From NCBI GenBank assembly GCA_038231135.1, contig JBBRLX010000003.1:96001-160000 (forward strand): 64,000 bases of DNA, given 5' to 3'. Source of the DNA: Candidatus Eiseniibacteriota bacterium (GTDB lineage: Bacteria; Eisenbacteria; RBG-16-71-46). The notes under the pieces are model-generated. The model was not told the DNA's origin. It saw nothing but the letters and a program-made list of their open reading frames with translations, and made no database searches. Below are positions 20,657 through 29,900 of this stretch, piece after piece. Made by a program: the position numbers and the translations under genes. Position 1 is the stretch's first letter, and each line of letters starts with the position of its first letter.

Positions 20657-21508
20657 ATGTATCCCGACGTGCTGCACTGGGGATTCCTGCACATCCGCTC
20701 CTACGGGCTGATGCTGGCCACCGCATTCCTGGTCGGCACCTGGATCGGCCTAAAGGAGGCGCGCCGCACGGGACTCGACCCGGACCATCTCGTCACGGTG
20801 GTGCTCGTGACGCTGGTCAGCTCGGTGCTCGGCGCCCGCGCGCTGTACGTGATCGAGCACCTCGGCGAATTCCATTCGCAGTGGGGCAGCGTGCTCGCGG
20901 TGTGGCAGGGCGGACTGACGCTCTACGGCGGAGTGGTGGCCGGCTCCGTGGGCGGACTCCTGACCGCGCGGCGGCTGCACATGCCGGTATGGTCCGTCGC
21001 CGACGCACTGGCGCCGGCCACGGCGCTCGGCACCATGTTCGGGCGCATCGGGTGCTTCCTAAACGGCTGCTGCTACGGCCGGCCCACCTCGCTGCCATGG
21101 GGCGTGGTCTACCCGCCGGATTCGTTCCCGGGGCTCGAGTTCGGTGACACTCCGATCCATCCCGCCCAGCTCTACAACGCGCTGTTCGGGCTCGCGCTGT
21201 TCATCGTGTTGTGGAGCGTGCGCAAGCGCGTGCGAGTGCCCGGCCTGCTGTTCTGGTCGTTCGTCGTGGCGTTCTCGCTCGGCCGCATCGGGCTCGATTT
21301 CTTCCGTGCCTACGAGCCCGCCGCGCGTGTGCTGACGTTCGGCACGCTGACGATCACCGAGAGCCAGTTGATGAGCGTGGCGCTCGCGCTGTTCGGAGCG
21401 CTGATGATCGCCCGGCTGCAGCGTGAGGCGAAGGCGTCGGGAATCCAGGCGCCCCCCGCGGCGCCGTCCGCCATCGCACCCGCGCCCCCGGTGTCGGACA
21501 TTCCTTGA
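20657..21508 (+). CDS. lgt: prolipoprotein diacylglyceryl transferase
   Basis: SYGLM, GARALYV, WQGGLTLYGG, GRIGCFLNGCCYG, HPAQLY. Confidence 0.95.
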   Translation: MYPDVLHWGFLHIRSYGLMLATAFLVGTWIGLKEARRTGLDPDHLVTVVLVTLVSSVLGARALYVIEHLGEFHSQWGSVLAVWQGGLTLYGGVVAGSVGGLLTARRLHMPVWSVADALAPATALGTMFGRIGCFLNGCCYGRPTSLPWGVVYPPDSFPGLEFGDTPIHPAQLYNALFGLALFIVLWSVRKRVRVPGLLFWSFVVAFSLGRIGLDFFRAYEPAARVLTFGTLTITESQLMSVALALFGALMIARLQREAKASGIQAPPAAPSAIAPAPPVSDIP

Positions 21509-22311
21509 CGGGCCGGGTCGGGCTCGCGGTGCTCGGCGACCCGCTCGCATACACGCTGTCCCCCGACCTGCACCGTGCCGGCCTCGCGGCGCTGGGCCTC
21601 CCCGGCGACTCGGCGGCGCTGCGCACCCCGGTCGCGGGGCTCGCGGCGCGGCTGCGCGAGCTGGCAGCGGCGGGGATCGTCGGCGTCAACCTCACGCATC
21701 CGCTCAAACATGCCGTGATCGGCCACCTCGACACGATCGCCGACCGTGCGGCCCGCGCCGGGTCGGTCAACACCGTCCGGTTCGACGGCGACCGGCTCCA
21801 CGGCGACACCACGGACGGGGCCGGCTTCGTGGACTGGTTCGGCGTGCTGGGCCACGGGCTGCGCGGGATGCGCGTCGTGATCATGGGAGCAGGGGGAGCG
21901 GCCCGCAGCCTGGCGCCCGCGCTGCTCGACGCCGGCGCCGAGGTCACGGTGGCGGCGCGCCGCCCCGATCCGGCGGCGTGGGCGCCGCTCGCGCCCGCGC
22001 GGCTGCTCGCCTGGCCGTCGCCCGGGCTCGAGGCCGCGCTCGAGTCCGCCGGCCTGGTCGTGAACGCCACCCCCGAATCCGCAGCCGATCGGCCGGTCGC
22101 GCCCGGCCGGTTGCGGGCCGGCACACGGTTCGCCGACCTCACCTACGGCCCGGGTCCGACGCCCTGGGTGCTCGCCGCGCTCGGCGCGGGCTTCGAGGCC
22201 CACGACGGGCTCGGCATGCTGATCGGTCAGGCCCGCCGGTCGTTCGGCGTGTGGTTCGGCCGCGAGCCCGCATTCGACGGGCTCGGGGCCGCGGTGGGCT
22301 GGCCGCGGTGA
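21505..22311 (+). CDS. aroE: shikimate dehydrogenase
   Basis: GDPLAYTLSP, NLTHPLK, SVNT, TDGAGF, GAGGAAR, DGLGMLIGQA. Confidence 0.88.
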   Translation: MTGRVGLAVLGDPLAYTLSPDLHRAGLAALGLPGDSAALRTPVAGLAARLRELAAAGIVGVNLTHPLKHAVIGHLDTIADRAARAGSVNTVRFDGDRLHGDTTDGAGFVDWFGVLGHGLRGMRVVIMGAGGAARSLAPALLDAGAEVTVAARRPDPAAWAPLAPARLLAWPSPGLEAALESAGLVVNATPESAADRPVAPGRLRAGTRFADLTYGPGPTPWVLAALGAGFEAHDGLGMLIGQARRSFGVWFGREPAFDGLGAAVGWPR

Positions 22312-23063
22312 TCGAGCCGTCCGCCGCCGCCGCACGGCGTGCCGTGCGCGTCGCGCGCCGGGTGTGCCGCGGCGGAGCCGCCGCGGTGCTGCGGAGGTTC
22401 GCCGACTTGCGCGACTTCGTATATTCACACCGGTGTCCCGCCTGTGGCGCGGCCGAGCCCGGCGACCGGGTGCTGTGCCCGGCGTGCTGGGCGCGCGTGC
22501 CGGCGGCCCGCATGGTGCTGTGCTGCCACTGTCTCGGGCGCGACCGCGAGCCGGTGGGCTGCGCGCGGCACCCGGGATTTCGCGTGGGGGTGGCGTGGGT
22601 CTACGATGAGCGGGCGGCCGCGGTGATCGCCGCGTACAAGTATCAAGGCCGCACGGATCTCGCGGCTCCGCTCGCGGCCGAACTGGCGCGCGCGCCGCTG
22701 CCATGGCCGCGTCCTGACCTGGTCACCGAGGCTCCGCTCCATCCGGCGCGGCGCCGCGAGCGGGGCTACGATCAGGCGGAGCTGCTGGCGCAGCGGCTCG
22801 CCGTGGAGCTGGGCGTCCCATGGGTGCCGGGCGCGATCGAGCGCACGCGGCCCACGCGCGCGCAGGCCCGCCTCGGCGCGCGCGGCCGGCGGTCGAATCT
22901 GGCCGGTGCCATGCGCGTGCGGCGGCCGGAGACCCTCGCCGGAAGGAAGGTGCTGCTGGTGGACGACGTGATCACGACCGGGGCGACGCTCGAAGCCTGC
23001 CTCGAGGCGCTCGCCGGCAGCGGCGCGCAGGGCGGAGCCGTGGCCGTGGCGTGGGCCCAGTAG
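22308..23063 (+). CDS. comF: ComF-family protein (zinc ribbon plus phosphoribosyltransferase domain)
   Basis: CPAC, CPAC and CCHC motifs; RRERGYDQAE; LLVDDVITTGATL; GTGA overlap with aroE. Confidence 0.88.
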   Translation: MIEPSAAAARRAVRVARRVCRGGAAAVLRRFADLRDFVYSHRCPACGAAEPGDRVLCPACWARVPAARMVLCCHCLGRDREPVGCARHPGFRVGVAWVYDERAAAVIAAYKYQGRTDLAAPLAAELARAPLPWPRPDLVTEAPLHPARRRERGYDQAELLAQRLAVELGVPWVPGAIERTRPTRAQARLGARGRRSNLAGAMRVRRPETLAGRKVLLVDDVITTGATLEACLEALAGSGAQGGAVAVAWAQ

Positions 23064-23064
23064 C

Positions 23065-23742
23065 ATGTCCCACCTGCACATCCCCGACGGAGTGCTGCCG
23101 CTGTGGCTGTGGGGCCCGGGCTGGGGCCTCGCGCTGATCGCGATGCTGGCGCTGTGGCGCGTGCAGCGCGACCGGCCCGGGCAGCGCGTGGCATATGAAG
23201 GGGCGCTGGGGGCGCTGATGCTGGCGGCCATGGCGCTCGAGGTGCCGTTGGGCCCGGTCGAGTACCACCTGACGCTCGCGGGCCCGATCGGCGTGCTGCT
23301 CGGACCCGCGGGTGCGTTCCAGGCGGCGTTCATCGCCAGCGCGCTGCTCGCGTTCATCGGCCACGGCGGCCTCACGCTGATCGGTCTCAACACGCTGCTG
23401 CTCGGCACCGCGGCGGCGCTGGCGTCGTTCGCCTACCGGCTGCTCGCCCGCCGGTGGCCGGGCGCCCGGGCGCTCGCCGGCGCGACGTTGGTCGGGCACA
23501 CTGTGTCGGGGACGGCGTGGCTGCTGCTGGTGCTGGCGGCCGCGCGATTCCGCGTCCACGATCTCGGACTCGAAACGGGTGCCAGGCTCGGCGTGCTCGC
23601 CGGGCTCGCGGTGCCGCTCGATGCGTTCGCGGTGGCGGCGGAGACGGTGGTCGCGTTCGGCATGGGGCAGTTCCTCGCCCGCGTGCGCCCGGACCTGATG
23701 CCCGGCGCCGCCGTCCCCGAGCCCCGGGAGCTCGAGGCATGA
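23065..23742 (+). CDS. cbiM: Co/Ni ECF transporter substrate component (CbiM/NikM family)
   Basis: HIPDG motif, YHLTL, GHGGLTLIGLN; multiple TM helices. Confidence 0.88.
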   Translation: MSHLHIPDGVLPLWLWGPGWGLALIAMLALWRVQRDRPGQRVAYEGALGALMLAAMALEVPLGPVEYHLTLAGPIGVLLGPAGAFQAAFIASALLAFIGHGGLTLIGLNTLLLGTAAALASFAYRLLARRWPGARALAGATLVGHTVSGTAWLLLVLAAARFRVHDLGLETGARLGVLAGLAVPLDAFAVAAETVVAFGMGQFLARVRPDLMPGAAVPEPRELEA

Positions 23743-24455
23743 GCGTCATCGGGCGTATCGACCTGCTGGCGAACGCCGGCATCACGCCGTGGCACCGGGC
23801 GAGCGCCATCACGAAGCTGGTGCTGGCGCTGGGTATCGTCGGCGCCGCGGTCGCGACCCGATCGCTCCCGTTGCTCGTCGCGCTGCAACTCGTGGCGTGG
23901 GCGCTGGTGCTGTCGTGCCGCATGCCGTGGCGCGTGGTGGTCGCGGGCGCGAGCTATCCGCTGTTCGTGGCCACGCTGTTCATGGCCGCCACCTGGGGCG
24001 GCGCATGGCGCCCCCAGCTCGCGCTGCTGCTGCGTCCGGTGACGGCGGCGCTCGTGGTGCTGTGGCTCGTCGGCACCACGCCGAGCCCCGATCTGTTCGC
24101 GCCGATCTCGCGGGTGCTGCCCCGGCACCTGGCGGACGGGCTGTTCCTGACCTACCGGGCGCTGTTCGAGCTGCTCGGCCGCATCGAGCGCATGGCGCGC
24201 GCGCTGCGCATGCGCGGCGCCGGCGCCGGTCCGCCGGCGCGGCGGTTCACCACCGCGGGGGAAGGGCTCGCGACGCTGGTGCTCCACGGCTTCGAGCGCA
24301 GCCAGCGCCTGTACGCGGTCATGCTGCTGCGCGGCTACTCCGGCCGCATCTGCGGCTGCCGCCATTGGGCCGAGGTGGGCCGCGACGATCTGTGGGTCGG
24401 TGCCGCGGCCGCGGTCGTGGCGGCGGCGATCGTGGGACTCGGGGGCCGCGCGTGA
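23739..24455 (+). CDS. cbiQ: ECF transporter T component (CbiQ family)
   Basis: TM helices, LTYRALF, ALRMRG and MLLRG Arg motifs; lies between cbiM and the ATPase. Confidence 0.85.
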   Translation: MSVIGRIDLLANAGITPWHRASAITKLVLALGIVGAAVATRSLPLLVALQLVAWALVLSCRMPWRVVVAGASYPLFVATLFMAATWGGAWRPQLALLLRPVTAALVVLWLVGTTPSPDLFAPISRVLPRHLADGLFLTYRALFELLGRIERMARALRMRGAGAGPPARRFTTAGEGLATLVLHGFERSQRLYAVMLLRGYSGRICGCRHWAEVGRDDLWVGAAAAVVAAAIVGLGGRA

Positions 24456-25312
24456 GCGATCCCATCATCCGGGTGTCGTGCGTGCGGCACACCTACCCCG
24501 ATCGCACCCAGGTGCACCTGTGCGGCCTCGACTTCGTGGTGTCGAAGGGCGAGCGTGCCGTGATCCTGGGCCCCAACGGCTGCGGCAAGACCACGCTGCT
24601 CTATCACGTGATGGGGCTGCTCGAGCCGCAGGAGGGCGAGGTGCGGGTGTTCGGTGTGAATCCCGCGCGCAACTACCACCACATCCGCGAGCGCATCGGC
24701 ATCCTGCTCCAGAACGTGGACGAGCAGATCATCGCGCCCACGGTGTGGGACGACGTGTCGTTCTCGCCGCGCAACTACGGGTATCGCGGCGCGGAGCTCG
24801 ACGCCATGGTGCGGCAGGCGCTCGAGCGCGTCGGCATCGCCCACCTGAGCCACAAGGTGTGCCACCACCTGTCGGGCGGCGAGAAGCGCAAGGTGGCGCT
24901 CGCGGGCGCGATCGTGCTCCAGCCGCAGCTGCTGGTGCTCGACGAACCGTTCGAGGGGCTCGACCCCGCGTCGCGCAGCGACCTGCGCGACCTGCTGAAC
25001 CGGCTGCACGCCGAGCAGGGCGTGTCGCTGGTGATGGCGACGCACGACGTCGACGTGGTGCCGGAGATGGCGGACCAGGTGTTCGTGCTGCTGCGCGGCG
25101 GCGAGATCGTGGCGCACGGCAGTCCCGACATGATCTTCCGCGATCCCGGCCTGCTGCGCCGCAGCAACATCCAGCCGCCGGTGCTCGCGGAGTTGTTCCA
25201 GCGGCTCGAGGAGCGCGGCCACGATCTCGGCCGCCCGATGGCGGTGGACGCCGCGGCCGACACGCTCCTGCGCGCGCTGGGCGGCGCGGCCGCGGTGACC
25301 GCGTCCGAATGA
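24452..25312 (+). CDS. cbiO: ECF transporter ATPase (CbiO family)
   Basis: GPNGCGKTT, LSGGEKRKVALAG, LDEPFEGLD, ATHD. Confidence 0.9.
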   Translation: MSDPIIRVSCVRHTYPDRTQVHLCGLDFVVSKGERAVILGPNGCGKTTLLYHVMGLLEPQEGEVRVFGVNPARNYHHIRERIGILLQNVDEQIIAPTVWDDVSFSPRNYGYRGAELDAMVRQALERVGIAHLSHKVCHHLSGGEKRKVALAGAIVLQPQLLVLDEPFEGLDPASRSDLRDLLNRLHAEQGVSLVMATHDVDVVPEMADQVFVLLRGGEIVAHGSPDMIFRDPGLLRRSNIQPPVLAELFQRLEERGHDLGRPMAVDAAADTLLRALGGAAAVTASE

Positions 25313-26670
25313 CGGGCGACCTGTTCGGCCCCGCGTCCGCGCTGGGGCCGCTGCCGCCGCCCGACGCAAACGCGCCGCTCGCCGAGCGCATGCGCCCGCG
25401 CTCATTCGACGAGCTGGTGGGGCAGGAGCTGCTGTTCGAGCCGGGCGCGCCGCTGGCGCTGATCCGCGACGGCGCCCATCTGTCGTCGCTGATCCTGTGG
25501 GGGCCGCCCGGCACCGGCAAGACCACGCTCGCCCGGCTGATCGCCGTGGTGGCGGGGGTGCCGTTCGTGTCGTTCAGCGCCGTGACGTCCGGCATCAAGG
25601 AGGTGAAGGAGGTCATGCAGCGCGCGGCGCGCGAGCGCCGGACCAGCGGGCGCCCGACGCTGCTGTTCGTCGACGAGATCCACCGGTTCAATCGCGCCCA
25701 GCAGGACGCGTTCCTGTCGCACGTCGAGCACGGCGACATCGTGCTGATCGGCGCCACCACCGAGAATCCGTCGTTCGAGGTGAATTCCGCGCTGCTGTCG
25801 CGCGCGCGCGTGGTGGTGCTGCGCGAACTCGAGCCGGGGGACGTTCGTCGCATCCTCGAGCGCGCGCTCGAGGATCCCGCGCACGGCGTGCGCCCGCGTG
25901 TGACCGCGGACCCCGATGCGCTCGACTCGCTGTCCCAGGCGGCGGACGGCGACGCGCGGCGCGGGCTCACCACGCTCGAGATCGCGGCCGCCGCCGCGGG
26001 CGCCGGCGGCCGCATCACGGTCGAGCACGTGCGCCAGGCGCTGGCGCGGCGCCACCTGCGCTACGATCGCGCGGGCGACCAGCACTTCAACCTGATCTCG
26101 GCGCTCCACAAGTCGCTGCGCGATTCGGATCCGCACGCCGGCCTCTACTGGATCGCGCGGATGCTCGCGGCCGGAGAGGACCCGCTGTACGTGGCCCGGC
26201 GGCTGGTGCGGTTCGCGAGCGAGGATGTCGGGAACGCCGATCCGCAGGCGCTGCCGCTCGCGGTCGCCGCGTTCGAGGCCTACCACCAGCTCGGCACGCC
26301 GGAGGGCGAGCTGGCGCTGGCCCAGTGCGCCGTGTACCTCGCGACCGCCCCCAAGAGCAACGCCGTCTACCGGGGCTTCGGCGCGGCCCGCGAGGAGGTC
26401 GAGCGCAGCGGCAGCCTGCCGCCGCCGGCGGTCATCCTGAACGCGCCGACCGGGTTGATGAAGCAACTGGGGTATGGAGCGGGCTACCGCTACGCCCACG
26501 ACGAGCCCGGCCGGATCGCCGCCCAGCAGCACCTTCCGGATGAGCTCGAGGGCCGCCGGTTCTACGACCCGACGGACCAGGGGCACGAGGCCGAGATCTC
26601 CCGGCGCATGGCCGCCTGGGAACGTCTGATTCAGGGCCCTGAGACCGGCGGTCCGGCCGGGACTCCGTAG
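25309..26670 (+). CDS. rarA: replication-associated recombination protein A (RarA/MgsA)
   Basis: PLAERMRP, WGPPGTGKTT, DEIHRFNRAQQD, GATTENPSF, ISALHKSLR, SEDVGNAD, PKSN. Confidence 0.96.
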   Translation: MTGDLFGPASALGPLPPPDANAPLAERMRPRSFDELVGQELLFEPGAPLALIRDGAHLSSLILWGPPGTGKTTLARLIAVVAGVPFVSFSAVTSGIKEVKEVMQRAARERRTSGRPTLLFVDEIHRFNRAQQDAFLSHVEHGDIVLIGATTENPSFEVNSALLSRARVVVLRELEPGDVRRILERALEDPAHGVRPRVTADPDALDSLSQAADGDARRGLTTLEIAAAAAGAGGRITVEHVRQALARRHLRYDRAGDQHFNLISALHKSLRDSDPHAGLYWIARMLAAGEDPLYVARRLVRFASEDVGNADPQALPLAVAAFEAYHQLGTPEGELALAQCAVYLATAPKSNAVYRGFGAAREEVERSGSLPPPAVILNAPTGLMKQLGYGAGYRYAHDEPGRIAAQQHLPDELEGRRFYDPTDQGHEAEISRRMAAWERLIQGPETGGPAGTP

Positions 26671-26819
26671 ACTCCGGGACCGGCCACCCCCGCGGTTGGG
26701 TGGGGGGGGCCGTGGTGCCGGGCCGTCGTCGGCGTGGCCCTGCCACGGGTTGCCCCGGTAGGAGTAGGCACGAAGGCCCCCCGGCAACCCCCGAAAAGCC
26801 ATGAAACCGCGGGAGCGAT

Positions 26820-26835
26820 GCAAGTTGCAACTTGC
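26820..26835. promoter_or_regulatory. perfect 16-bp palindrome, candidate operator
   Basis: GCAAGTTGCAACTTGC, about 160 nt upstream of the first giant gene. Confidence 0.35.
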
Positions 26836-26997
26836 GGCGCCGCAGACTGCACAGTTAAGCTGTTGTCACGTCCCGCAACCCTCACGGTGCCCGCGCATAC
26901 CCCTTTGCGCACCCTTGGGCCTTGAGGACAGGACGTCGTTCCTCCATGGGCAACCCATGGTCGAGTTCCCCCGCACCGTCTGGGACCACATCTCCGC

Positions 26998-29900
26998 TTG
27001 CACGACCGCACGGTAGGAACCCCCGGGTGTGTTCCGGCACCGCGTGGCGGGCGCCGCATCGTGGCGTCCATCCTCGCGTTCGCCACGTTCGTCACCGCCA
27101 TGCCGGCGATGGCGCAGACCACCTATACCTGGAACCAGACCGTCTCGGCGCCATGGACCACGGCGTCGAGCTGGACTCCGACGCGCACCACGCCGCAGAC
27201 CACCGACGTGCTGGTGGTGAACGGCACGAACACGCCGGCCGCGATCATCACCGACGTTCCGACCCAGACCATCGGGCGCCTGCGGCTGATCAACGGCGCG
27301 AGCGTCACGGCGAGCGCCACCAGCAATTCGCGCGTGGTGACGCTGAACGGCGCCGGCACCCCGGCGCTCGACATCGGCGCGGGCTCGACCCTCGCGATCC
27401 AGGGCACGCGCGCGATCGAACTCGCGCTCGCGTCGGGAGCGACGGCGACGATCGCCGGCAACGTGTCGTTCCAGGACGCGGCGAACCGGCTCACCTCGCC
27501 CGACGCCGGCGCGATCACGTTCACGAGCGGCGCGGGGTTCACGACGCTCACCGGGTTCACCGGCAATCCGTTCAACAACACCGGCACCGCCGGCATCGCC
27601 GTGTTCCAGAGCGGCTCCACGTATACGCACAACGCGGGCGGCGATCCGTTCGGCCTCGCCGCCCCCGCGTCGAAGGTGGTGTTCCAGAGCGGCAGCACGT
27701 TCGTGGTGCGCAGCGCCGCCGGGTTCGTGGCCAGCGGCCGGACCTACGGGAATCTCACGATCGACAACAACTCGGCCCCGTCGACCTCGGGCACCGGGGC
27801 ATTCCAGTTCCAGACCCTGCTCGTGAAGACGGGGTCGTCGTTCACGCATGCCGGCAGCGGCGCCGCGGCGATCACGATTTCGGGCGACATCACCAGCAGC
27901 GGCACCGGCAACATCGCGATCACCGGCGGCTCGGGCGGCACCACGTTCACGGGGGCCGGCACCCGCACCATCGGCGGCGGCACCGGCACCGGCGGCGTGT
28001 CGCTCAACGGCACCATCACGGTGCCGGGCGGCACCACGCTGGCGTTGTCGCGCGCGATCGGCACCACTGGCACGCTCAGTGTGAACGGCACGCTGCAGGT
28101 GAACTCCAGCGGAGGCGTCAGCGGCACGGTGGTCTACGGACCCGGCACCGGGCTGATCTTCAACAACACCACCGGCGTGGTCACCGTGTCGGGCTCGACG
28201 TCGTACTGGCCCGCCGCGTCGGGCCCGGCGAACGTCACCGTGCTGAGCGGCGCCGGTGTCGGTCTCGCGGCCGGCACGAGCCGGACGGTGACCGGTACGT
28301 TCCGCACGGGCGCGGCATTCACGGGCGGAGTCCGGCTCACCGTCAACGGCCTGCTCCAGATGGATGCGGGGGGCACGATGTCGGGGGCGCCCACGTACGG
28401 ATCCACGGCGGCGCTCGTCTACGGCAGCGGGTCGTTCACGGCCGGACCCGAATGGGGCAGTGGCGCGGTCACCGGCGTCGGGGTGCCCCGCGACGTGGTG
28501 ATCCGTGCCGCGGGCGGCACGGTGACGATGCCGGCATCCGATCGCACGGTTCCGCGCCAGCTCACGATCGGCAGCGGCACGCTGGCGCTGTCGGCGACCG
28601 CGGGCAACCTGATGGTTGGCGGCGACTGGAGCGACTCGGGCAGCGTGGCGACGAACGGCCGCACCGTGGTGCTCAACGGCGCGGGCGCGCAGGGCGTCGG
28701 CCGGGTCGGCGGCGAGACGTTCGGCGTGCTGCAGATCTCGAAGAGCGCGGGCGCCGTGACGCTGGGCTCGAACGTCACGGTGACCTCCGGCGTACAGCTC
28801 GGGACGACGCGGGTCGTCACCGGCGCGAACGAGCTCCGACTGGGGACCGGCGCCACGCTCACGCGCACGAGCGGACTCGTCGACGGCACGCTGCGCAAGC
28901 CGGTTCCGGCCGGGGTGACGTCGGTGCTGTACGAGCTCGGGACCGGCGCCACCTACACGCCCGTCACGCTGGCATTCGGCAACGTGACGGCGGCCGGCAC
29001 GATCGCGACCACCGTGACGGCCGGCGATCATCCCGCGCTGGGATCCGCGCCGATCGATCCCACCCGGTCGGTCAACCGCTGGTGGCAGTTCGCGAACAGC
29101 GGCGTGGCGTTCCAGGGCTGCACCGCGACGTTCAACTATGTCGCCGCCGATCTCGACCCGGGCGTCACCGCGTCGCAGGTCGAAGTCGGCGCCTACGATG
29201 CCCCGGTGTGGTCCGCGCCGGCGCTCGGCGTCGTGACCGCGACCTCGGCGCAGGCCACCCAGCTCGCGTCGCTGCACGACTTCGCCGTTGGCGAGTTCCT
29301 GCCGCACACGATCACCGCGACCGCCGGCGCCAACGGCAGCGTGACCCCGTCCGGCCCGGTGAGCGTCGCCCATCACGGTTCGCAGACGTTCACGATCGCC
29401 CCCGGGGCGCATTATCACATCGGCGACGTCGCGGCGGACTCGGTATCGGTGGGGGCCGTCGCGTCGTACGCGTTCACGAACGTGGTCGCGAACCACCGCC
29501 TCGATGTCGTGTTCGCCGTCGACCGCCAGACCGTGACCGTGACGGCCGATTCGAACGGCGCGGTGACCCGTTCGCCCGACTCGCCCGATTACGCGTACGG
29601 GTCCGTCGTCCAGCTCACCGCGGTCGCCGTCACCGGCTACCATTTCGCCGGCTGGGGCGGCGACGCCACCGGCACCGCGAACCCGCTGTCCCTGACCGTC
29701 GACGGGAACAAGGCGGTGACCGCCGCGTTCGCGATCAACACCTATCCCCTCGACGTCACGATCGGCGGCAGCGGCACCGTTACGCGGTCGCCCAGCCTCT
29801 CGGCCTATCCGCACGGCAGCGTCGTGCAACTCAATGCCTATCCCGCAGCCGGGTACGCGTTCGGCGGCTGGAGCGGCGACGCGTCCGGCAGCGCCACGCC

